Source of the DNA: an uncultured Actinomycetes bacterium
GTDB taxonomy: Bacteria > SZUA-79 > Acidulodesulfobacterales > Acidulodesulfobacteraceae
Direction of reading: 5' to 3'
Assembly: GCA_964631685.1 (NCBI GenBank)
Contig: CAZVZU010000004.1
Coordinates: forward strand, 1-33,148
DNA: 33,148 nt
Position numbers and translations under genes: made by a program
Part shown: in pieces, positions 1 through 8,160 of the stretch
Numbering within the stretch: the stretch's first letter is position 1
Layout of the letters: each line of letters opens with the position of its first letter
The notes under the pieces: model-generated
Databases searched by the model: none
Told to the model about the DNA's origin: nothing
Seen by the model: the letters and a program-made list of their open reading frames with translations, nothing else

Positions 1-2
1 AG

Positions 3-164
3 GATATCATCGACATGCCTGACCGACTGATTGATTTGTTCATCCAGCTGTGCCTCCGGAACAATGGGAAACTATCAGACAGAAAAAGGTCGACTCGCTT
101 TGATTTCCTTACCGACGAGGAACTCGTGGCTATGGAGCAAGCTGTGAGAGATAGGTACAATTGA
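3..164 (+). CDS. Fic family protein, C-terminal end (partial, 5' end outside window)
   Basis: Frame 3 reads DIIDMPDRLIDLFIQLCLRNNGKLSDRKRSTRFDFLTDEELVAMEQAVRDRYN*, which resembles the 'DMPDRLIDLFI..QNNG.LS..KR...F..LTDEE' tail of long Fic proteins. The Fic motif itself is not visible. Confidence 0.6.
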   Translation, partial: DIIDMPDRLIDLFIQLCLRNNGKLSDRKRSTRFDFLTDEELVAMEQAVRDRYN

Positions 165-508
165 CCTGATTGACAATGTCTATGCCATTGGCAAAACTTT
201 CTCTTTTATCTTCAAGGGTTTTACAGGGTTGTTTGTTTTTATAGGCACTTATCAAAGCCCCGACGAAAACATATTAAAAATGATTCTGCAAACCTGACAC
301 TCCGAACCGGCTCGTCTTGTATTCAATGGCGGAGGAAACGAAGAGGTTAACGGCACACTCTCTGATGTAAAATATATTATTAAATACTGCGTATACCAAC
401 CGATCACAGTTTCAATAAACAGTGGGGAAGCTTTTTTTAGGTGTATATCTGCAAAGCAGAAAATGAAAGCGTTCTTAAAGATCTTATGTTGCCGGTTTAC
501 CAAAATGC

Positions 509-805
509 TTGACATTTTTAAAAGCAAGGCAAAACCTTGGTCAGCTTATGAACGAAGTCTCAATAAAAGAGGATGAGTATATTATTGAACGCGCTGGTAA
601 ACCTTTAGTCGCTGTTATCCCGATAAGTGCTTATACAAAATATAAAAAAGAAGTTACCGAGGCCAAAAACAGATTTTTCCAGTTTGTTGATGAGGTAAGA
701 GAACAAAATAAAGATGTCACGACTGAAATTATTGGGCAGGAAATCGATGAAGCGGTGCAGGCGATTAGAAAAAAGATAGTAAGTTTAAATCATAGATATG
801 ATTAA
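509..805 (+). CDS. Phd/YefM family antitoxin (native start possibly damaged)
   Basis: LKARQNLGQLMNEV...YIIERAGKPLVAVIP is a Phd signature. Overlaps the start of a PIN gene. Only a TTG start is in frame; an ATG at 505 is out of frame. Confidence 0.82.
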   Translation: MTFLKARQNLGQLMNEVSIKEDEYIIERAGKPLVAVIPISAYTKYKKEVTEAKNRFFQFVDEVREQNKDVTTEIIGQEIDEAVQAIRKKIVSLNHRYD

Positions 806-1004
806 AATCGTCCTGGACGCCAACCAGTTTATCAGCGCGATTATGCTCCCGAAAAGTAAACCCGCCGGGATCCTTGTCTTAGTTAGAAACGACAAGGTCG
901 GACTTGTTGTTTCACGGCCTATTTTAGAAGAAGTCCGGCGGGTCCTTCAGTACCCTAAAATCAAAAAACGGATAAAATATAATGCAACTCGTATAGAAAA
1001 ATAG
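798..1004 (+). pseudogene. PIN-domain (VapC-like, PIN_3) toxin, 3'-truncated
   Basis: MIKIVLDANQFISA...VVSRPILEEVRRVLQYPKI. Only 68 aa, lacking the C-terminal acidic catalytic residues. Runs into a convergent fragment at about 985. Confidence 0.8.
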
Positions 1005-1151
1005 CGGTATATTTAAGCCACGAGAAAATGGGCGGTCTACATCACGCGCAAAGCTGGACCTGACAGCATCAAGGATCGTACTCACAAACCCTTCATCTGC
1101 CGGGTTCCAAATGAAATGTATGGCTAAAGGTGGTTTGTATTCTTTTATCAT
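985..1151 (-). pseudogene. N-terminal fragment of the third gene of the TIR cluster (possibly a long TIR/SLOG protein), 3'-truncated
   Basis: ATG at 1151 overlaps the upstream TIR stop (TGATG). Reads MIKEYKPPLAIHFIWNPAD...SFARDVDRPFSRGLNIPLFFY, then continues into antisense PIN sequence. The family assignment is from recall only. Confidence 0.45.
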
Positions 1152-1700
1152 CAATGTGTCACCCCGCAGATTTTACATACGCCATTGTATTTCATCATAT
1201 CCTGAGAGTTCTGGATGAGATGCGCCCGGGAAGTTCGGGCCTGATATGCATCTTCAATCCAAATAGACAGTTCCTCTTTTAAACACGGATAAAACCTGTA
1301 TTGCGCATAACAATCAGACTCGCCTTTTGCCCAGTTCGCTTTCATGCGTGGGGGCATAGCTGCATTACCTTAACTTGGCAGAAGGATTCCAATCAACCCA
1401 TTTGGTGTTGTGTATTGCCCCTGACGCAGAGAGCTCTTTATCTCCCAGTCAACGTATCGTCGACTATGTGTGCAGCTGCCTATCAAAACAATCGTTACGG
1501 TACTGTCGCTGAGATAGTTTTCTCTTATACACTTCATTACATAGTCAGTGTCCGTGCTGTTGATAAAATCGTAATTGTCGTTGGCAACCCAGTACTTTGG
1601 GGATGAAAACTGCATAGAACTCCTCAATGAAAGCATCGACTTCGTTCTGATCTCCTTTGTAATGAGAAATAAAAACCTTCCTTCTATTTGTACTTGATAT
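1151..1700 (-). pseudogene. thsB: Thoeris ThsB-like TIR (DUF1863/MTH538) pseudogene
   Basis: Reconstructs as (ATA)SSTNRRKVFISHYKGDQNEVDAFIEEFYAVFIPKVLG / +1 frameshift near 1583 / ANDNYDFINSTDTDYVMKCIRENYLSDSTVTIVLIGSCTHSRRYVDWEIKSSL...LLPS*GNAAMPPR...CKICGVTH*. GGAGG RBS upstream of ATA. In-frame TAA at 1370-1372. Confidence 0.85.
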
Positions 1701-1705
1701 TATTA

Positions 1706-2164
1706 TTAGTCCCTCCAATGTGTTTGAGCTTCGGTTCTATTATTTGAAAAACTGTCTCGACCGTTTGTTGGCTGACATGATTTGCGCCGCTGAAATGCTT
1801 CGTGAATCCATTGGCGCAAATCATTTGGCGAAGTCGGCCAGGAATATATTTTGGCGAATCCGCATTTGATGTTGTCATTCAGCCGTGGAGGAATTGTATA
1901 TGGGTTGTAGTAGGCACTGCTATTATTATCTGTATGTTTCAAAATTAACGATTCCAAGACGCCTGACGACTGCGCTGAATAGCTGGGAAGTAATAATCCG
2001 AGCAACCCGGTTCTTGAATTGTTTTTTGTATCATGAATACCTGAGGCTATTTCCCAGTCCACATGCTTTCTGCGCCAAGTTCCTTGTCCGACAAGCACAA
2101 GTGTAACGGTGGCATCAGAAATAAAATCATCACGAATCAATTGGCGGATACGATCTGTTGGTAA
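1706..2164 (-). pseudogene. thsB: Thoeris ThsB-like TIR (DUF1863), 5'-truncated
   Basis: LPTDRIRQLIRDDFISDATVTLVLVGQGTWRRKHVDWEIASG...PPRLNDN...WIHEAF. The catalytic Glu motif (VDWEI) is present, but the N-terminal KVFISY strand and a proper start are missing. Confidence 0.85.
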
Positions 2165-2496
2165 ATAATGTATTAATATTAGAGATGTTTGTCAAACCCG
2201 TTTTGCAACAATATCATTTCTGCATTTTATGCATCAAGTGATCTGAGGCGACCCGCTCTCTATTATGGACGAGATCGTGATAATACAGCCAAACCAGCAG
2301 GATCTGGTTTCCCAAGGTGACTGCTACCAGCACACACCGGTACATGCTGTGATCGTCTAGATTAAATCCTTCCAACGGATCTAATGTGCCGTTTGCCCTG
2401 AACAAGCAGAGGAAGTGGTTAGGGCTTAATACGTAAAATAACTTCATCATACACACTTAAGATGTGTATGATGAAGTTAAATGGAGGTATGAAGTT

Positions 2497-2739
2497 ATGT
2501 ACAAAAGAATAAATATTACTCTTCCAGAACAAACGCTCAGTTTGACTGATAAAATTGCAAATAAAGGCAATAGAAGTAGTTTTATTGATGAGGCGCTTAA
2601 GTACTATGTTAAGGAAACGGTGAAAGGTAATCTACAAAAGCGCCTCAAGGAGGGGAAAACCAACCGCGCTGAGCGGGATCTTCGTCTGACAGAGGAGTGT
2701 TTTCCGATAGAGGAAGAAGCAGATCAGGAAAAAAAATAA
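2497..2739 (+). CDS. Ribbon-helix-helix (CopG/MazE-type) antitoxin
   Basis: GGAGGT RBS at 2483-2488. MYKRINITLPEQTL...GNRSSFIDEALKYY fits an RHH pattern. Directly upstream of a mazF-like gene. Confidence 0.8.
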   Translation: MYKRINITLPEQTLSLTDKIANKGNRSSFIDEALKYYVKETVKGNLQKRLKEGKTNRAERDLRLTEECFPIEEEADQEKK

Positions 2740-3094
2740 AAGCAAACTACCCGCGTCGGATCGAAGTTTACCTTGTAAATTTCGATCCGACCATTGGGGC
2801 CGAAATCAAAAAACCCGTCCGGCGCTGATCGTGCAAAACGACGTGGCAAATCGGTACAGCACTATAACTATCGTCATGGTAATCATCTCACAATTTAACG
2901 AGCTACTTTACCCGGCAGAAGTGCTGATAAGTTTTCCTGAAGGTGATTTGACCTCGGACTCCGTAGCTCTTTTGAACCAGCTCCGCTCTATTGACAAAAG
3001 AAGGTTTATTAAACGTCTTGGCGTCTTAAAACCAGAAACCATGGAACAGATAGATCAGGCGATTGAGAACAGTATGGAACTGGTAAGAATATAG
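2736..3094 (+). pseudogene. mazF: MazF/PemK toxin pseudogene
   Basis: (ATA)KANYPRRIEVYLVNFDPTIGAEIKK / one A missing in the run at 2808-2813 / TRPALIVQNDVANRYS...DSVALLNQLRSIDKRRF. The expected ATGA overlap reads ATAA. Confidence 0.88.
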
Positions 3095-3371
3095 GTAAAT
3101 AAAATATTAATTACTTATATTTTCAGTATCTTGTTCAAGTATTAAATTTGTTCACCAAATTACTTCTTTTATGTATGAAGTAAAATGTTTAAAAGCGTTT
3201 CAGAATAGAGAGCTTTCTTTTTTTCTACCAATGACGCTTTGACAGGGAAGAAGCAGATCAAAAATTCGGAACGGCAAGAAGGAGCTGGCCAGGTTAATGA
3301 TGTAGTTATTGAACGGGGAGATAATCATCGGCATCTGATAATTACGCCCGGAACCCGCAATTTTCGTTCTG

Positions 3372-3684
3372 TTATATTCCGTAGGCATCATTATGAGGCC
3401 CGAGTAGAACGAACTTGATGGTCTTATCCGATGTTTCCCGGAAATCCGAGCAGGCCACGACGGCACTGTCGCCTTTTTTCCGGCACGCTTCACAATACAA
3501 TATAGATGATAATAAAATTGCGCTTCACCGGACATAAATAAAACCCCTGCCGATTACCCTTCAACGGTTTGCCAATGGCAATAGGATTTTTAATGATCAT
3601 ATCAACCTTTTTCTTGACCAATTTCTTTATCGAGGCGTGTTTTTTAACGGACTTTAGGAAAGCAGCTTCAAATCTGGTGTCCAT
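3372..3684 (-). pseudogene. RelE/ParE-superfamily toxin with a Cys-rich insertion, frameshifted
   Basis: MDTRFEAAFLKSVKKHASIKKLVKKKVDMIIKNP...LKGNRQGFYLCPVKRNFIIIY / extra base near 3501 / LYCEACRKKGDSAVVACSDFRETSDKTIKFVLLGPHNDAYGI*. The G-x-H-x-x-x-Y ending is typical of RelE/YafQ-like toxins. Confidence 0.72.
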
Positions 3685-3846
3685 CAGTCCCCGAAGGCTT
3701 CATCGTATGAATACCACTGTGCGGTTCCGGAGCGCTTTAAATGAACACCGGATCGATAAGCACCGGTTTGAGCGAAACAGCCTCCTCCCTCCGATCAAGC
3801 TTGCCTGTTCCCTGGTTAGCAGGGCGCAGCGGATGGTATCGATGAT
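3684..3846 (-). pseudogene. Degraded antitoxin of the RelE-like toxin
   Basis: Frame ending ...GTAQWYSYDEAFGD* overlaps the toxin ATG (TGATG). Upstream pieces lie in shifted frames (IIDTIRCALLTREQ; EEAVSLKPVLIDPVFI*). Confidence 0.5.
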
Positions 3847-4178
3847 GTGGCCATTGGAACGGTCTTTCCAAGGCGTTCCTGAACCAGTTTAAGAAGGCGA
3901 CTCTGCTCAAAAGGTGAATGGGCCGCAATTTCGGCCAGAACCGGCTCAAGCTGGCGGTTTCTTTCTTCTTCCGATCCATCCTCCGGCAATCCCTGTATTC
4001 CGAATTCAACTATTTGGCTAAATGCTTATTATCAAAGGATATCTGCAACCGGACTTGTTTAGGACTAAGTCTGAAAAAACAGAGAATGAATACTCGGAGA
4101 ATAGAGAGAATCAGATGGCTGGAGAGTAGTTCCGGAAAGATGCCAAAACGGCCGAAACCCTTTGAAAATAAGGGGAAA

Positions 4179-4217
4179 TATAAAACCCGTCGTCCCGGAG
4201 AGACGGGTTGTTTTTTT
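4179..4217. terminator. Bidirectional intrinsic terminator-like hairpin just 3' of tmRNA
   Basis: AACCCGTC (4184-4191) pairs with GACGGGTT (4202-4209). Flanked by an A-run on the left and T7 on the right. Confidence 0.7.
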
Positions 4218-4222
4218 CAAAT

Positions 4223-4582
4223 TGGTGGAGGCGGCGGGAATCGAACCCGCGTCCGAAGATTTAAAACTAAAGGCATCTACATGCTTAGTTTATTCTTTAG
4301 AATACGGTCTCAAAAAGCAAAGAACAAACAAAACCTTTTATCAACCGTCCTTTTAAGAGTCTCGATGCTTTGAAAAAGGAAATCAAAGCACCACAGCCTA
4401 CTTTTTTTCGCCTTTTGGATCTAGTAGACAGAAAACCCAAAGACGTTAGCCGATCAAGCGGCTAATGCGTAATCGTAATTGTCTGCGATTATATGTGTGC
4501 TTCGAATGATTAACGAGCCTACAAAGCGTCCTCGGCATGCAACCTAAAACCCCAATATCCCCGTCGAAACCTTTACGCCCCC
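4223..4582 (-). ncRNA. ssrA: tmRNA; tag peptide (A)ADNYDYALAA* at 4454-4486
   Basis: 5' GGGGGCGUAAAGGUUUCGAC and 3' GCGGGUUCGAUUCCCGCCGCCUCCACCA. The 7-bp acceptor stem has the G3-U alanyl determinant. 360 nt long, with an internal tag ORF ending ALAA. Confidence 0.97.
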
Positions 4583-4595
4583 TCTTATTGTCTTG

Positions 4596-4624
4596 ATTAT
4601 AACGTCAAATAGGATAATAGTCAA
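4596..4624 (-). promoter_or_regulatory. Sigma70 promoter of ssrA
   Basis: TTGACT-17 nt-TATAAT, 13 nt upstream of the mature tmRNA 5' end. Confidence 0.85.
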
Positions 4625-4633
4625 ACAAGATCA

Positions 4634-5350
4634 TTATCTCACAACATCGTAACGCTCGGACGGTTTAAAAAAATATCCTCCCATCCACTCAATAGCGGTC
4701 CTGATATAACCGTTTGTTTCAAACCTTCTCATTGATGTGACCGCATTGATATCATACAGATATTTAAACTTCGCTTTATTCTTCAAAGCGATACTTATAA
4801 ATTTTAAATCTTCTCCGGAAGGCATTCTTTCATCAAACCCGCCTGCATCCGCATAAACATCCTTATGGCAAAATATTAAAGCCATAGATGTTTTAAAAAT
4901 CATGTGCGCTACATTGTTGCAAAACATAAAAAACTTAGCTTTTAATGTATTAAGATCAGGTAGAAGCTTTGATGTGCCGATAAAATCTTTCTTCTGTTTA
5001 AAATCATCTAATCGCTTGATAAAACCATCATTTAAGAGCGTATCTGCATCTAAAAACAAGAAAATATCGCCCCGAGAAACATCGGCGCCTATATTTCTTG
5101 CATCTGAGACCCCGCTAAAATTATCGGAGATAAGGTTTACTTTCGGATACTTAGCAACAACATCCTCTGTATTATCCTCTCCTATCGTGACAACCACCGT
5201 AAGCTCGCAAATTGTCTTGCCATCATCGGAAAAGTCTTCTGCCTTTTCATCCTTTCCTATAAAAATAACTCCACTCTGGCTTAATAATCCTTCAATCGAC
5301 GACCCTATGTATTTTGCCTCCTCACGGGCAGGTATAATTATAGAAACCAT
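4634..5350 (-). CDS. Glycosyltransferase family 2
   Basis: VSIIIPAREE, GVSDARNIGA, FLFLDADT, GGFDE...GEDL, TSMRRF. Confidence 0.92.
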   Translation of the reverse strand: MVSIIIPAREEAKYIGSSIEGLLSQSGVIFIGKDEKAEDFSDDGKTICELTVVVTIGEDNTEDVVAKYPKVNLISDNFSGVSDARNIGADVSRGDIFLFLDADTLLNDGFIKRLDDFKQKKDFIGTSKLLPDLNTLKAKFFMFCNNVAHMIFKTSMALIFCHKDVYADAGGFDERMPSGEDLKFISIALKNKAKFKYLYDINAVTSMRRFETNGYIRTAIEWMGGYFFKPSERYDVVR

Positions 5351-5458
5351 TAATCTTCCCCCTCAAATACAAAATAAAGCCCAAGCATTATATCAGCAAA
5401 CATGCATATCCCCTTCCTTAAACTTTTCCTATTATTCGAGAAGAACAAGGCAAAAGTA

Positions 5459-6529
5459 TCATTTTAGTAAACCCGTGATCTTAAGAAATCGTTCCACGCT
5501 GTCTTTTGTTTTCCACGGCGGATTAAACCCCTTATATTTAAAAGCATCTTGCACATCCTTATCAAGCCTTAATTTTCTCTGTTTAACCGAGTGAAAAAAA
5601 TCGACCTTTTCTAGGTAGTTTCCGAGATACACTTGCTCCGTTTGTCCGGGGGTCGGTATAAAAAGGGCTTTTTTATTAATCTCTGCAACATCCATTATCG
5701 TAGTATACCCCGACCTTGAAACGACGATCTTGGCCCTGTTCATAAGCTCATCCCTTCTTGCCTTTTCAAGATACGAATATATGACAGTATTACCGGTAAC
5801 CTCTTTTGTAAATTTACCGGGTTTACCGAGCGCAACAGCTATGTTCCCTTTTAATAGATGTAATTCTGAAAAAATCTTTTTTTCTAATATTGTCCGGGTA
5901 GGCTCCGGACCGGAGATAGAAAACAAATAATCGATATCTGGCTTTACATCTATATGTTCAAAATCGGATAAAATACCGATATATTCAACCTTTTCAGGTT
6001 TATAATACCTGAGGTTATGTGACAAATCTCCAGAAAGTGAATTCTCAATATAATCGGGAACCACAATTTTTTCAAATCTATCTTGCAACTTGCAATTGTA
6101 TAGCTCGGTTACCATCTCTGCAGGCAACAGCCTTAACGGCGCTATGAATCTTAATTGATGAAAAATAAGATATGACGGAACTGAACTCGAATAAGAACCA
6201 AACCTTGAATCCGAAATTATTAAATCAATCTTGTTTTCTTTTACTATTTTTGAAACATCATTGTGCTCTTCCTTTATGATGTTTAATATCTTCGGGGCTG
6301 TCACTAGAAACCTTAAAGCAAATCCTACTTTATCCGAATAGGGCGACGGGTAAGGCGTTGATGTTATAAACCTACAACTATCCTTAAGCTCAGATTTAAG
6401 CAGTGCCAACCCTCTTCCCGAGGTATATATCGTCACCTCGTGTGAGTCCTTGACAAGTCGCCTTATAATAGGGAGAGACCTCGTGGCGTGCCCTAGTCCC
6501 CAACTGCACAATGAAAATAGTATTTTCAT
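5459..6529 (-). CDS. GT-B glycosyltransferase (MurG/GT28-like, MJ1255-type)
   Basis: CSWGLGHATR, IISDSRF, VSRSGYTTIMD, IPTPGQTEQ. Confidence 0.88.
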   Translation of the reverse strand: MKILFSLCSWGLGHATRSLPIIRRLVKDSHEVTIYTSGRGLALLKSELKDSCRFITSTPYPSPYSDKVGFALRFLVTAPKILNIIKEEHNDVSKIVKENKIDLIISDSRFGSYSSSVPSYLIFHQLRFIAPLRLLPAEMVTELYNCKLQDRFEKIVVPDYIENSLSGDLSHNLRYYKPEKVEYIGILSDFEHIDVKPDIDYLFSISGPEPTRTILEKKIFSELHLLKGNIAVALGKPGKFTKEVTGNTVIYSYLEKARRDELMNRAKIVVSRSGYTTIMDVAEINKKALFIPTPGQTEQVYLGNYLEKVDFFHSVKQRKLRLDKDVQDAFKYKGFNPPWKTKDSVERFLKITGLLK

Positions 6530-7554
6530 GCGCTATAATCCTTCGCATTTTCATCCTTCTTCTTGAAAAGATTGATTCCGTAATATGGCACAAGAAAAAA
6601 AGAAATTGCTACAAGCATAAGATTTACCGCCCTCATCACTAAACTAAAAGTTAACCCCACATCTGACCCTAAACCAAGAACATCAAAAAGACCTACCTGC
6701 GACAACTCATAAGTTCCTGCAGAACCTGGAGCCAACGGCAAGGCAAATACAAGCATCGAAACGGCAAATATAAGCATCGTTTCAGAAAATCCCATGTTAA
6801 TGCCAAGATAATGAACAATTAGCCACATTTGAAAAATAAGTACTATGGTTTCTACAAAACTTAGCAAAAGGCTCAAAAGCAGGTATTTTACCCCTTTGAC
6901 ATAAAACAGGTGAAGCTCTTTTTCAAAATCATTTATGTGCTGTATAATTTTATTTATTAACTTCCTTAATATCTTGAATCTTAAAAGATGCTTTAATACC
7001 TTTGTAAAAAACCGATTATCTATAATCGGATTAATTAAAAAAGCAAGGGTTATTATACCAACAAATATCCCTGAAACAAACAAGAAAAACCATATCTCAG
7101 GTGGCATATAGAAAAACCTAAAACCCAATATGAGTCCGAGATAAATAAAGACCAAGAATGTAGCGAACTCGATCACCTTAGCCGCTAGTCCCGCCGAAAA
7201 ACCTCTTTTGAATTCAAGTCCATCCTTTTTTTTCAATATCAGCGCCATAATAGCATCCCCGCCAATAAACCCTGCGAATATACCAGACGGAGCAATGTAG
7301 TTTGCGCTGTAACCTATCAACTTAATATTTAAAAGATTTTTCAAGTCTATTTTGGCATCATAGACATTTAACGCATTATTAAAAGAAAGTGCAGAAAAAA
7401 ATAATGCCAAATACGAAAGTCCGAATAATGTTATGAGGTCCAATAAATTTAAATGACCTATCATATGCAATATACTGTTAGGTCCCACTATGAATATTAA
7501 GGCAATGACAAACGACAGCCCGATGGATACCGAAACCACAAATGCCTTATTCAA
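6526..7554 (-). CDS. UPF0104 / lysylphosphatidylglycerol-synthase TM (flippase-like) membrane protein
   Basis: Multi-TM protein with GYSANYIAPS...GGD and PLAPGSAGTYE motifs. 4-nt overlap with the GT gene. Confidence 0.85.
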   Translation of the reverse strand: MNKAFVVSVSIGLSFVIALIFIVGPNSILHMIGHLNLLDLITLFGLSYLALFFSALSFNNALNVYDAKIDLKNLLNIKLIGYSANYIAPSGIFAGFIGGDAIMALILKKKDGLEFKRGFSAGLAAKVIEFATFLVFIYLGLILGFRFFYMPPEIWFFLFVSGIFVGIITLAFLINPIIDNRFFTKVLKHLLRFKILRKLINKIIQHINDFEKELHLFYVKGVKYLLLSLLLSFVETIVLIFQMWLIVHYLGINMGFSETMLIFAVSMLVFALPLAPGSAGTYELSQVGLFDVLGLGSDVGLTFSLVMRAVNLMLVAISFFLVPYYGINLFKKKDENAKDYSA

Positions 7555-7610
7555 TAAAAATTACCCCCCCCTTTTTTTTCTCTTTCGTAAAAAAAATATT
7601 CAAATGCCAG

Positions 7611-8087
7611 CTACAAAAGTTTGGAATACCACATTGGAACAGCGGCAAAAGAGCAAGAATACCTCGCTGACACAATATGCTCAATGGAGATTGATTTTAT
7701 CTCCCTAATTTCCATGTTCCTGTGCTCCATAGCATCTCTCGCCATCTTTATAACTCTTTCTTCTGCGTCTTTTGCAGATGCAACCCCCGAGTATTCCATA
7801 ATGACGCCAAAGCCGTCGGAAGCGGATATTGCAATGGCAACAGATGCGGCGATAGTTTCACCCTGCTTACCGCTGACTACGCAGCCGTATGCAATTGGTA
7901 CAAGCACCCCTTTTGGATAAATTATTTTATTTTGAAAAGATGAATCCGGCGGAAGGATAGAGCTCAACTTAATCAAATTGGTATTCCCAATCCCCGCCTT
8001 CAAAATAGCGTTGTCAAATGCTCCCAACCTAGATGTCCCCTCTGCAGACCCACTAACCAAGGTATATATATCAGGTGTTTCAAACAC
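7611..8087 (-). CDS. pdaD: Pyruvoyl-dependent arginine decarboxylase
   Basis: AFDNAILKAGIGNTNLIKLSSILPP (Ser-Ser autocleavage site), GVIMEYSG; 158 aa. Confidence 0.92.
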   Translation of the reverse strand: MFETPDIYTLVSGSAEGTSRLGAFDNAILKAGIGNTNLIKLSSILPPDSSFQNKIIYPKGVLVPIAYGCVVSGKQGETIAASVAIAISASDGFGVIMEYSGVASAKDAEERVIKMARDAMEHRNMEIREIKSISIEHIVSARYSCSFAAVPMWYSKLL

Positions 8088-8160
8088 TACTCTGTTCCTC
8101 CGGTATCTATAATTTCTTTAGATTTTACGATAATTTAATTTGACTCATTATAATATTATT

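Larger units (their letters stand above)
1..4222. mobile_element. Decayed genomic island / integrative element remnant at the tmRNA 3' end; continues off the left edge
   Basis: Directly abuts the ssrA CCA end. Dense TA, TIR and Fic fragments with frameshifts and truncations. GC-rich patches: hand count 37/60 GC at 3781-3840 versus 16/60 at 6961-7020. ssrA is an established integration hotspot. No integrase or second att copy in the window. Confidence 0.7.

Noticed and set aside
252..527. 91-aa minus-strand ORF
   Set aside because: No family motif and overlaps the antitoxin start; likely spurious.
2214..2456. 80-aa minus-strand ORF
   Set aside because: No recognisable motif or RBS in the frames I read; probably decayed island DNA.
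3250..3340. KKELARLMM*LLNGEIIIGI*, faintly like a type I HsdS C-terminus
   Set aside because: Too short and degenerate to support without a search.
4223..4260. tRNA-like T-arm and CCA end
   Set aside because: It is the 3' end of tmRNA; the matching 5' end and tag ORF are present.
3918..4373. Plus-strand ORFs 3918-4373 and 4162-4356
   Set aside because: Antisense to tmRNA and the att scar; typical spurious calls.
4902..5594. 230-aa plus-strand ORF, and similar shadow ORFs such as 18907-19326 and 22778-23296
   Set aside because: Antisense shadows of well-supported genes.
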